Below are positions 37,543 through 48,997 of a stretch of DNA of 64,000 nt, in pieces (positions within the stretch are counted from its first letter, which is position 1; each line of letters starts with the position of its first letter). The DNA comes from Sarea resinae. Its lineage: Eukaryota. The notes beneath the pieces are model-generated. The model was given only the letters and a program-made list of their open reading frames with translations, was not told the DNA's origin and did no database searches. The translations under genes and the position numbers were made by a program. Where the stretch lies: assembly GCA_026026165.1 (NCBI GenBank), contig JAPEUD010000038.1:124001-188000 (forward strand), written 5' to 3'.

Positions 37543-39452
37543 GGCGGCGACCGCCGTCTCGCGAGGTCAATCTGGCAGTGCTGTGATGGGCGGATACACT
37601 GCCGCTCGCTCCCTCCACCCGCCAGAAGCCCTCGTCCCGGAAGTAATGACGGTGGTGATGATGAGGTCGTCGATCTGTAGCGAGTGTCGGGGTGGGTGCA
37701 GCTGTCAACGAGAGTGAGTTGGTGACGAAAGATGATGATGGTTGTGATGATCGAGAGACTGAAGTGCGAGAGATTGGATGATGATGGGATTGGGATGGAA
37801 TGGAGTCGGATGATTGGACGGATCGATTGCCTTGGGCTCTCGCTGTGTCGCGGGTGTGTTGGTACACGCATTGGTGGTGCGAACACCGAGCAGGCTAGGA
37901 GGAACCTTAGCGAGGAGGGTATTTGCAGGTACTGGCATGGTAAACACGAGAGCCCGAGTACCGGCCTGATGCAGCAGAGGTACCACGGGGATGCTGCTGG
38001 ATGCTGCAGCATCAGAGGTACTCTTTTGGGACGGCGGAAGTCCTTGGGGTCTGAACAACAGCGGCGAGTACTGGACCCCTACGAACATTGATCTCTCCGT
38101 TCCTGCTTTCCCGCCCATCCCCTCATGTATCGCAAGTCTTTCAGGAGTAAGAGGAGACCTACAGTACCTATTCAGGGCTCTTTGTGGCGGCAAATCAAGT
38201 CCCAGTAGCGAAGCCATCGGCCATTCAGACCGTCCCAATCCCGCCCGGATCTACTATGGAGGAAGACCTGAAGTGGTCATCCTGAAGGACTGAAGGATCC
38301 AAGCAATTGACGGGCGACATCGCCATCTCTTTTCTCTCCTCTCCCCTCCGAGAGCACTCTTCTTCTTCGCCTCGTTCTCCTCGTCCTCCTCGTCCTGGTT
38401 GTTCTTCGGCGTCGACTCTGCAAGCGTCGCGACATGGCAACCGACTGGTCTCACAAGTCTCAATGCGAAACGAGAAGAAGCTGCAGCCCGCGACAGAGTG
38501 ATGCACGGATGGCCCCCACTATTATTCCTCTTTCGCATCCACACATCGCTATGGAATTCATGCCAAGTCCTCAGCTTCATCAGTGAAAAGCCACCCCAGT
38601 ACTCGTCCTCTCCAGTAGCGACAGATGGTATCTTGACCAGGGATCCGAATTGCTCCATCAGTGCAGAGACCTACTACATATTCGTACTGCGAGAGCTGCT
38701 GCCTCGAATACTCACGATGCATATGCACCCACTGGCATCGCATCGCATCGTATCAATCCAATCCATCCATTGCAGCTCACGACCGACAGAATACGTTGCT
38801 CCGTACCCTCGACCTAACCTGGAAGCGCTCTCGCAGCGCTTTCCGCATCGGTCGATAGTCGCCAGTCCCGTCTGGCCGATCGACCGATGATCAGCCCTGA
38901 AATGGGTCTCGATTGGCCTCGGCTCGACCCTTTCGGCCCCTGGTCTCTTTTCGTCGACGTGCCCCGTTCCCAGGTAACTTCGTACTTACGGCACGCTACG
39001 ACTTGGACGGTACAGCACTGTTGCGGGTGGGTGGCTTTGGCAACCACAGTGACAAGAGGCAGATAGAGACCTCCTCGGAGGTGACTTCACGGTCAGTCAT
39101 ATTGTCTATAAACGCGAAACAAAAAAGTCAGACACCTCGTGTGTTGGACGGGTAAGACATCGTAATTCATGCTCGTCAAGGTGACATCCATTGACGATCG
39201 AATATGAATGCCCGTTGAAGAGCAGCGGGTGTTTGGTCTATGTAGATGTGCCCACACGAATCTCAGTTGGTATCATACAATGACGAGCCATCAGCTTCAA
39301 TCTAAGACGGCTTGACTGGAACCCGGCAGACGCAACCACTATGATAAAAATCGCAGCTAAAGCACATGGACATGAGAGCATGCAATGCTGTCTAAGAGAC
39401 AAAGGAATTCGGCCACTCGAGACCATATCACGCTCTGTTTCCCATCTATGTT

Positions 39453-40706
39453 TCATCCCCACCAACGTTGCCAGTTCAATCTATAGATCTGCAGGTGGCC
39501 AGCGAACCTAGCGCGACACATTTGCCAGTGTGCCTCCAGCATATCAAAGTATGCAATCATCTCCTCTTTTCTGATCGTCTCCGTTTCGGAACCCTGCTGG
39601 AACAGCCCTGACAACACGGTAGGAGGGGGGAGGAAAGCCTTCTGCACGCTTAGAAGCCAGGGGTCTGCGCCGAAAATAGGGACTCCCTGTCGCGGCTCCT
39701 GGCAAGCAACTGCTCCTACCATCCAAACCTTGACGCGGTGAGGTCTTCGCTTGACGTAGACTTGGTCATCGGCGCATCCCTCGAGCCTCGGCGACGGGTG
39801 GAAGAAGCAGCGAGGAAAAGTGACTAATTCATTGTGGGCAATGACTTCCGGAGGGCCGGCAGTCTGCAACCACCACACGACCGAAAAAGTCATATCGAGA
39901 GTCAGGTTGCGGAGGTTGCGGAAATACGGCAACGGCGATCTGGAGGTGATGTTCCAGGCTCCCCTTGGACGCAATCGCTTCTGCACAAAGGTATCACTAT
40001 AGCTGTCTCCCCTCACATCGTAGGCAGTGAGAAAGAAGTTCTGACTATCGTCACGAGCAATGCCATCGTCATCTGAATCTTCATATTTGCCTACGTCACC
40101 CACAGGCGCGATCGGGAGCTCGTCGAACAGCATGTCCCATTGCTGCCGGCAATGATCGTATAGCTGTCGATCGTTGGCCATGTCTAGTGGGGCAAGTCGG
40201 TCCGGAATCATCGCTGTCACCCGATCGTACATCATCGGAGTGAATTCAAGATTGAAAACACGTAGGTGGAGCTTGCGCGGTGAATCCATCAGAAGATTCA
40301 GAAAGCGTACCAAATTCGGTACAACCGAGAATGAGAATGTGTTCTCCGAGTAAAGAATCGAGACAGCTTCCTGGTATGTGCGGCGTGAAGCGAGGAGAAG
40401 ATTGGTAGTAGGCACGCTGATATCGCCAGTCTTGTAGTGCGAAGGGTTTGGGGGAAGTCCTTCCGGCTTATAGGGAAAGGCCAGTGGCCGCACAAGAGCC
40501 GCGCGGTAGATGGCATTGCGTAGCTCTCCTGGAAGACGGGACAATGGAAATGGTTTCTGGGAGGAATGCATTAGCTGCAGTGATTGAAGTAGAGCCCAAG
40601 GATTGCTTACAGTTCGACTCGAATCCTCCCACGGCGTAGCCAAAGACAACGTCTCCAAAGACAATGGTCGGTCGCGATGGCTGGAAAGTGGAGTACGTTG
40701 AGACAT
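39453..40706 (-). CDS. Fungal F-box-like domain protein, 417 aa (start uncertain)
   Basis: PFPLSRLPGELRNAIYRAALV followed by LLLASRRTYQEAVSILYSENTFSF, a common fungal F-box-like N-terminal signature. Single ORF. Confidence 0.75.
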   Translation of the reverse strand: MSQRTPLSSHRDRPLSLETLSLATPWEDSSRTVSNPWALLQSLQLMHSSQKPFPLSRLPGELRNAIYRAALVRPLAFPYKPEGLPPNPSHYKTGDISVPTTNLLLASRRTYQEAVSILYSENTFSFSVVPNLVRFLNLLMDSPRKLHLRVFNLEFTPMMYDRVTAMIPDRLAPLDMANDRQLYDHCRQQWDMLFDELPIAPVGDVGKYEDSDDDGIARDDSQNFFLTAYDVRGDSYSDTFVQKRLRPRGAWNITSRSPLPYFRNLRNLTLDMTFSVVWWLQTAGPPEVIAHNELVTFPRCFFHPSPRLEGCADDQVYVKRRPHRVKVWMVGAVACQEPRQGVPIFGADPWLLSVQKAFLPPPTVLSGLFQQGSETETIRKEEMIAYFDMLEAHWQMCRARFAGHLQIYRLNWQRWWG

Positions 40707-41315
40707 CTTTTGTGAGGATACTGGCGTGCACGTTCAAGAGAGTTCGTGAACGAGGTGTAGAAAATTTGAAAGGAAGGCAATTTCAATGACTCTTGAAACA
40801 AGTAAAGTCTTTAGCAAGATAGTAGTTGTCATAGAAGATGGATCAGACAGGTCAAGGAAAGTATGCTGTCGAAGATGACTGGAAGATGTTAAGAGAGAAG
40901 AGGATTTGCCAGAGGACGCATTTTATAGCGATGAGAGTAGACAGCATTCACGGCTTCGTCTAGGAGGCATCTCAATAGTAACACCTTGCGTGCCGCAAAA
41001 TTTCCTCGGAAGAGAATATACTGAATCCATTCACTGAGTCCAAGCCGTGATGAAGTCCAGCTTCACTTCCACCGTGAAAGTCCAGTGACCCAAGTTGCCC
41101 ATCATTTGATTAACTTTGTGGTCAAAGTTTGGCTACTTTGCACGACTTGGAAGTCAACCTCATAAATCACCCACCGAAAGCATGCTTCGCTGGGCCCAGA
41201 CAAGTCTGGAGGCCACCGTCGAGTTCAGTAAGACTTCATGTTGACTGTCCAACCATATGCAGTCATTGCCATTGTATATACCATCACGAATAGAATCGAT
41301 GTAGCCGAGCGCTGC

Positions 41316-42371
41316 TCAGCTATCAACCTTCTCATCTCCGTCCTCTTTACCTTTCTCCTCAAACTCGCTCCCTAAGCCCTCTAGAAATTTTTCGGCCTGA
41401 GCTTTACCCCGCCTCTCTCTGATCAGCCTCCTCCTCTCTTCGATCTCCTTTCTCTTCCTATCTCTCCTCTCCTCCTTCTCCAGTCTCCCCTTTTCCGTAT
41501 CCACTCTCTCCTTCTCCAACGCTTCCATTTCCCTTCTCCTCGCTTCCTTATCCTTCGAGAACCCATAGAAACCAACGCCCTTGCTCCTCACCTCAGCACT
41601 AGCATCATAGTGCACATCATCTGGTGGCGTTGGCTCACGATCTCTATTCCGCGCCAGCGTCTCCATCTTCGCCGCTGTGGACTCGTCCGGGTTGAATGCC
41701 GCAGCCTGCACCGTATCGCCATAGATCAATCTGCTAGGCTGAGATGGCCTCGCGGAGAATCGATCAGGTTCGTCCGCGGCCTGAGCCTTGCGCCGCCGCT
41801 CCTCTCGTGCGGCTTCGGCCTTTGTCCCTTGCCGCTGTCGACCAAACTCGTCTTCAAATTCGACGAGCTCCTCATCGCTCTGCGGATCCTCGTCCGATGA
41901 AGTGTCTAGCTCGTTTCCTTGACCTCGCGCCTCGTTCTCGGCCCATTTCCTATCAAAATCAACCAGGGACCTCTCGTCTAGACCATCGTCTCCTGCTGGT
42001 GGTACGTAGTCGCCTCGTTTCATGGCTGCGTAGAGTCGGGCCTTTTCTTCCATTTTCCGTTTCGAACGGTGAAGCTGAGCGTCATCGACGGCGCCAAGGT
42101 CGCGCCTCTTCGGGCTACGACCCGGCTCTCCTGTCTCATCTTCTAGATCTTTAGCTGTACGTCTCTTGAGTCCTTTGTTGTGGGCTGTAAATATAGACGA
42201 TTTGCCATGAGATGGACGGGGTCGACCAGCTGAAGCGGTGCTGCTGGTTTTTGATGACGAGAGGAGAGACGAGAGCTGGGATGTGAAAGCTAGCGTGGTC
42301 GAGGAGGATATTTCTTTGGCCTTGGATTTGTTTGGGCGAGCTATTCCATAGAGGGAAGAGCCGTTGGACAT
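41316..42371 (-). CDS. CCDC174-like (DUF4078) coiled-coil protein, about 351 aa
   Basis: ATG at 42371. Motifs SKRKMEEKARLYAAMKRGDY, LVDFDRKW, VEFEDEFGRQR and HYDASAEVRSKGVGFYGFSKD. Confidence 0.85.
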   Translation of the reverse strand: MSNGSSLYGIARPNKSKAKEISSSTTLAFTSQLSSLLSSSKTSSTASAGRPRPSHGKSSIFTAHNKGLKRRTAKDLEDETGEPGRSPKRRDLGAVDDAQLHRSKRKMEEKARLYAAMKRGDYVPPAGDDGLDERSLVDFDRKWAENEARGQGNELDTSSDEDPQSDEELVEFEDEFGRQRQGTKAEAAREERRRKAQAADEPDRFSARPSQPSRLIYGDTVQAAAFNPDESTAAKMETLARNRDREPTPPDDVHYDASAEVRSKGVGFYGFSKDKEARRREMEALEKERVDTEKGRLEKEERRDRKRKEIEERRRLIRERRGKAQAEKFLEGLGSEFEEKGKEDGDEKVDS

Positions 42372-43035
42372 CTTGCTGTCGTAGGAATTGCTCTTATCGA
42401 TGATCGTCTGCGCTGAGGTTGAAGTTGACTGCCCCGGAGCCCTACGACATGACGGCATCGCTTGTGCGAAGTCACGAAGTACGAGCGTACTAGTACCTGT
42501 CTGTCCGAAGCAGACAGGGCCTCTACCTTGCTAGCTTCTGCACACCCACGAGGTCTCCTGCGAACCTTGGGAATAGACGTCTCGAGAACATCTGGTCTTA
42601 AAAGTATCGAAAATGTTATTGATCTTGATATATACAATACTGTACGTTTAGAAAATAAGGACACGGGCAGACATGGTGTTTCAGAGGGTGCCGATGAGCC
42701 TTCGCTTTTGAAAAGCAACCTCCAGCTACTCCGTAGATACCTGCGTCACAAGCCGTCACATCAATACGAGGACGAAAGACTTGGCGAGGCGAATGGGCAT
42801 TTCCCTCCGCCATACGCAAGTAGTGGGGCAGGAAACGGCATCATACCACTGAATTGGCATGGGACCCTCCGCCATCGGAAACCCGCGGATGCCGCACAGA
42901 TCAGCATACACCCTGAATCCTTCAATTGCTTCCCCACATGATCAGCACAACTCTCGATAAATCGATCAAAACATCTTCACTTGGAATTCCACATCACCGC
43001 TTTCAACAAAACCGTATCTCTGCTGTAGCTTCGCA

Positions 43036-44300
43036 ATGCCCGCCCCAAGAGAAGTCTTTATCGCCGTTCTTGGTAACCCCCACCTTCATAGACTTACAAT
43101 GCCTCGAAGAGCCATCCACCCGACTAACGTGATTTTCAGGCGTTGGCGGCGTTGGTCGTGAATTTCTCAAGCAATTGCACACCATCTCGACGAAATCATC
43201 CCAATACGCCCACTCGCCCTTCTACCTCTCCCTGATTCTGGTCTCCTCCAGCACCAAAACGCTATACCACCCAACCTACAAGCCGCTGCCCCTCTCAAGC
43301 TGCGTCTCGGACCTCAGCTCTTCCACCCAGAAGTCCCTTGCACCACAGGAACTCGCCCAATACCTCTCCTCGGCCCCCTCCTCCGTTGTTCTCGTCGACA
43401 ATACTAGCAACCAGACCTTGGCAGAGTCCTACCCGCTCCTTCTATCTAAGGGCATCAACATCATCACGCCCAACAAAAAGGCCTTCTCGGGCCCTCAATC
43501 GCTCTGGGATGAGATCCAGGCAGCGACTCTTCCAAGCCGCGCGGGCATGATCTACCACGAAAGCACCGTTGGCGCGGGTTTGCCCATCATCTCCACGTTG
43601 CGGGATCTGGTAGCCACGGGCGACCGTGTACGTAAAATCGAGGGGGTCTTTTCAGGCACGATGTCGTATCTGTTCAATAATTTTGCGCCTGTCGAAGGAG
43701 GAGGACAGAAATTCAGTGAGGTGGTGAAGAAGGCCAAGGAATTGGGATACACGGAACCGGACCCGCGCGACGACCTGACAGGCCTCGACGTGGCCCGAAA
43801 ACTAACAATCCTCTCGCGCCTCCTCCCCGCAACCACGAACATCAAGGTCCCCTCTCCCACTTCATTCCCAATTCAGTCGCTCATTCCCGACGCACTCACC
43901 TCGGCCAAGAGCGGCGACGAATTTCTCTCGGGTCTCCCCGCTCATGATGCAGAGTTCGATTCGCTCAAGTCTTCCGCTGCGGCCGAGGGCAAAGTATTGC
44001 GCTACGTCGGTGTCATCGACGCAGAAAAGGGCGAAGTCAAAGTCGGGTTGGAGAAATTCGAGAAGGCGCATCCGATTGCCGGGCTGAAGGGCAGCGATAA
44101 CATTATCAACTTCTACACGGAGCGATACGGGGAGCAGCCGCTGGTTATCAGGGGAGCCGGGTAAGCCATCAACTCGATGTAGCCTCCTTTCTTGGCAAAG
44201 ATACCATGCTAATCAGATCTTTCGCCAATGCAGTGCGGGTGCCGAAGTCACAGCCATGGGTGTCACGGGGGATCTCCTTAAGGTTCTGTCGCGACTGTAG
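43036..44300 (+). CDS. HOM6: Homoserine dehydrogenase, 374 aa
   Basis: Exons 43036-43072, 43140-44160, 44234-44300 (1125 nt). Motifs G|VGGVG, LVDNTS, ITPNKKAFS, HESTVGAGLPII, IEGVFSGTMSY, GYTEPDPRDDL and GAG|AGAEVTAMGV. Confidence 0.96.
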
Positions 44301-44450
44301 ACGTTGATGTAGGGTGGTAGGAGTGGGAATCCAAAAGTAAGGTACCAGATAGTAGTTGAGCACTCGTTGTAATGTGAAGCAGAATTCGTCTAGATCTCTA
44401 GCATACCTTACTCTCTGCTCCTTTGAAGGACAAGCTACCTATGGTTTTGC

Positions 44451-44451
<1 letters not shown>

Positions 44452-44499
<48 letters not shown>
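44452..44499. repeat. (ATG)16 trinucleotide microsatellite downstream of HOM6
   Basis: Read directly from the sequence. It explains the poly-Met in ORF 44356..44664. Confidence 0.95.
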
Positions 44500-45643
44500 G
44501 CAGTGATTACTTTCCGGAGTCCTTCGCATTGTGCCATCCACTTATCGCAAAGAGAGGCTACGGTTATCGTCCTCACGCTGATTGGCGCCTGGAGACCCAT
44601 CACAGCTATTTGTGGTGGCGTGTTCCCCTTTTCGCTTGACTCGCCGGTTCCTGAATCACAGTGACAAGGGGGGGTGGGCGGTGGCTCACCTCAACAAAAA
44701 TTGGTATGATGACGTGGAAGACGAAGATCTGAATAGCGTAGCTTACCATACCTATGCTCTTACCTCGAGGCTTTCCAATGGTGTCAACGATATCGCGCGC
44801 CAACAATGCCAAAGAGCAATAGGGTGGAGAAGGGGGAGGCTGAATCATCATCATCACGAGGGAGCAGAGAGGAAAGGAAGGGCGGGCAGTGCAGGGCGGA
44901 TAAGATAGCGATATGGACCCCTTATTGGCAGTGGCCGACCCAGTCCCGTTGAGCCCAAGTCCCGTTGAGCCCGAGCTCATCTCAACTTCATCTCAACTCA
45001 CCTCATCCCGGTGCCCATCCGCCATACAAAGAGTGAGAGAAAGGCCCCTCACCCAGACGGGCGAGGTACCTTGGGCCGTCCAGGCGGATGCCAGGTACCG
45101 CGAGGTATCGATCGATCCTGTTGTCGATCTCCACGCGTTGTGCTGTCTGCCTTCCCCCTTCCCCTAGTGATGCACGACGGCGGAGTACTTCAGCAGTACA
45201 TCAGCAGTACGTGCAGTCGACCTCCCCTCGCCATTCTGCGCACCCGTTGCTCCCCACTTAGCCCTCGAGCGGAGTCTCACCAAGTCTCCTGCGAGCCAAT
45301 GGCCCCCTCTGGAAGACGCTGCAAGCTTTCTCGTCTGTCCTCGTCTACCGCTGTACCCTCGTCGACTTGCACCCTCGCATCTTCGCATTGGGACTAATTT
45401 CGTCCTCTGCATGCGCTTCTCATAATTATTTCCCCGTTGCCGTTTGTCACTACTGATCAAGAGTACTACGGCGGGTACTCGAGTGCTGCTGCAACACCAT
45501 CCTCCACATCCCACCAGACAAACTCCTCCACCGCTTCTTCTTTCTTCTTCCTTCCTCTCTTCTCGTCTGCCTCTTTCCTCCTCATCCTCATACTCTAGAC
45601 GACTCGTTGACCAAACTCATCTATCTCTTCATTCATCTTCATC

Positions 45644-47238
45644 ATGTCGTCTCGCCCGAGCAACATTGGCATCAAGGCCATCGAGATCTACTTCCCCAGT
45701 CAGGTACGACCGCACGGTCAAGATATCTATTCATTCACGTGCACAACTGACTCTGTGAATCCAGTGCGTGGACCAGGGCGAGCTCGAGAAGTTTGATGGC
45801 GTGTCGCAAGGGAAATACACAATTGGTCTTGGCCAGACCAAGATGAGCTTCTGCGATGACCGAGAAGGTGTGCATATCTCGCGCCGCCTTTTGTTGAGCC
45901 ATGCAATTGAGACTGAACCTCGGTAGACATCTACTCCTTCTGTCTCACGGCACTATCGTCTCTTCTCCGCAAATATTCCATCGATCCCAAGTCCATTGGC
46001 CGCCTCGAGGTCGGCACTGAGACCATGCTCGACAAATCCAAGTCCGTCAAGTCGGTCCTCATGCAGCTTTTCGAGGCCTCTGGGAACACAAATATTGAGG
46101 GCGTCGACACCGTCAATGCTTGCTACGGAGGTACCAATGCCCTCTTCAACGCCGTGAACTGGGTCGAATCATCTGGTTGGGACGGCCGCGACGCTATCGT
46201 GGTGGCCGGTGACATTGCTCTCTACAAGAAGGGCAATGCTCGTCCAACAGGTGGTGCAGGTGTTGTTGCTATGCTCGTGGGGCCCAATGCTCCTTTGGCA
46301 TTCGAGCCCGGTCTTAGAGGAAGTTATATGCAACACGCATATGACTTCTACAAGCCGGACCTTACCAGCGAGTACCCTCTCGTAGACGGGCATTTCTCCA
46401 TCAGGTGCTACACGGAAGCAGTTGATGCCTGCTACAAGGCATACAACGCGCGAGAGGCTTCTCTGCAGAAGAAGGTCGAGGCCAATGGCTCCGCTGTCAA
46501 TGGTAACGGCGTGCACGCTGCCTCGACGCCGTCCGGCTCCACACCTCTCGACCGCTTCTCCTACCTATCCTTCCACGCTCCCACCTGCAAACTGGTGTCC
46601 AAATCCTACGCCCGTCTCCTCTACAATGACTTCCTCGCCGACCCCTCCAACCCCGCCTTCGAATCCGTCCCTGCGGATTTGCGCGAACTGGATTACGAAA
46701 AGTCTCTCACCGACCGAAACATCGAGAAGACGTTCATGGGCCTTGCAAAGAAGAAGTTCCAAGAGCGCGTGCAGCCGAGCATCCAGGTGCCAACCATGTG
46801 CGGTAACATGTACTGCGCCAGCGTGTACGGTGGCTTGGTCAGCTTGTTGAGTAATGTCGACAGCGCCCAGCTCCAAGGCAAGCGCGTCGGCATTTTCAGT
46901 TACGGATCTGGCCTGGCCAGTTCGTTCTTCTCAATGAAAGTCGTTGGATCGACAGACGAGATGAAGGAGAAGGTGGACCTGCAGAAGAGACTCGATGCCC
47001 GGAGGACCGTGGCGCCAGAGGTGTATGACGAGGTAAGCTGCTGACCGTGACCCCAGAGCATAGAGGAGAGTAGTATAAGTAACCTCTCGCTCCTCCACAG
47101 ATGTGCAACCTCCGCGAAAAGGCTCATTTGAAGAGCAACTACAGCCCGGCCGGAAACCCGGAGACTGTCGCGCCCGGGACGTACTACCTAACCGGCATCG
47201 ATGACATGTTCCGACGAAAATACGACATCAAGGCATAA
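45644..47238 (+). CDS. ERG13: Hydroxymethylglutaryl-CoA synthase, 468 aa
   Basis: Exons 45644-45703, 45765-45867, 45927-47032, 47101-47238 (1407 nt). Motifs [38 protein letters not shown] (catalytic Cys), [15 protein letters not shown] and FSYGSG. Confidence 0.98.
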
Positions 47239-48997
47239 ATAACAGTTCTACTCGATACAATGAAAACTTCGAGTGTTGTTCTACAAATACGCCCAGACCT
47301 CAGCGACCAAAGATGCTCAACGACTGACTGACCAATTGCCCTCCCTCTCGAACGGTTTTTCTCCTAATGCTTCACGAATTTCCCTGCCTTCTCGCCTGTG
47401 CTCGCTGCAATCACGGTATACAAACAGATCTATGGACAAACGAATGAATCAGATCTTTAAGGATATGGTTCGTTCTGAGCTTACCTACCTACCTACCTAC
47501 CTACCTACCTATCTACCCGTCCTCCCACCCATCTACACATCCATCCACCTATTCCCGAATTTGCTGGGAATCGAATGCATCGGAAGAGACACAATACTCA
47601 TTGTCCGTGCGCGAACCGCTGCCCCAACCGCGCGACGACAATGCATCCACCACGAACTAATCCTTTGTAATTAATCTTCTTTTCTTCCCTTTCCTTTCCT
47701 CTTTTCTTCGTCTGGTCGCTCGCGAGGGGTGAGAAGCCTAAAAGAGAGAGGGAGAGCGAGAGGGGAAAAAAAAAGTTCACTAGACTTGACTTGACTTGCC
47801 TTGGGTTTCTTTTTTTTTTCCTTTTTCTTCCTCTTCTCCCGACTTAGAACTACCTCTCTATCTACCGTACCTACCTAGACACGGCACCAAAGAAAGTTTA
47901 AGGGTAAAACAAATCCAAAAAGGGGAAATTTTCAGAAAGGAATGACAAATTCGTTCGATGATTGATTGTATTTTTTTTTTTTTTTTTTGGAGACCTTGAG
48001 TAGATATTTGGATGGGCGTCTGATGTGGTGACTGCCTCTCTGGTCTCTTGACTCCATTCCATTGAGGAATTTAATCGTAAGAATCAGTAAGTTGTTGGTG
48101 TAGCAAGACACTGGAGATCTCGGTGGGACTATAGTAAGGCAGATCTATGAAGTAGTAGTAGTGGCTTGTGTTGTAAACGTTTGTTTGTGGGTAGGCTTTA
48201 TTGATTATGATTTATTATTATTATATTCATTATTATTATTATCATTATCATTCTATTTCTATTTCTCATCCTGCTTCTATTTCTATTTCTATTTCTATTT
48301 CCTCTTTTACTCTACTTCTCCTTCTCCTCCTCGTAAGACTCGTTCTTGAATTCCGGAGATCCTCTTCCTCTTCGGTTTATTTCTCTCTGTCTATCTGTCT
48401 GTCTATCTATCGATGTTTATATGTATGCCTTCCGTTCCTTCCATTCCTTCTGGCCTTCGTGACTGGCTGACTGGCTGAATGAGCTTCTCCCTTTCTTCTT
48501 CTATTTTCTGACTCTTCCTGTATGGTATGGCATGTTCACTCTGGTGAGTTGAGAACTGCTGTTTATCCGGTTGTCGGCTCTTTCGCGCAGTCGTCGACCG
48601 GTCGGTGGTTGTAGAACGTAGATCGTAGATCGTAGAATAGTCGATCATGAATCTGTGAAGCGTATTCAAGTCGTCACTGCCGCCGTCCTGCTGGCGTCCT
48701 TTTGTTTCCATGTCGTTGAAAAGTGTCGTGTCGTGTCTCTCGGCTATGTTGTGTTGTGTTGTGTTGTGCTGTGCTGTGTAGTTGTTTACTGCACTGCCTC
48801 TAGGTCCCTGTGAAGTGGCCCTGATGTGTGATATGTGGTGTGTGAATCAGGTAAAGCTATCCATGTGTGCTTGTGTCGAGGGTGCAGGAAGACGACAGGC
48901 CGGGGGCCAGACAGAGCAAGATAGAGCAACACAGGCCAGGCCAGGCCGTGACGAGACCAAGCCAAGGCAAAATGCGTGGCGCTTAGCATGCCCATAT

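Noticed and set aside
41047..41220. GTGATGA box-C-like motif suggesting a C/D snoRNA
   Set aside because: No box D (CTGA) at a suitable distance and no terminal stem.
42462..42941. 159-aa ORF between the CCDC174-like gene and HOM6
   Set aside because: Non-ATG start, lies in a divergent promoter, no recognisable motif.
44356..44664. ORF with a poly-Met run
   Set aside because: Translation of the (ATG)16 microsatellite in intergenic or UTR DNA.
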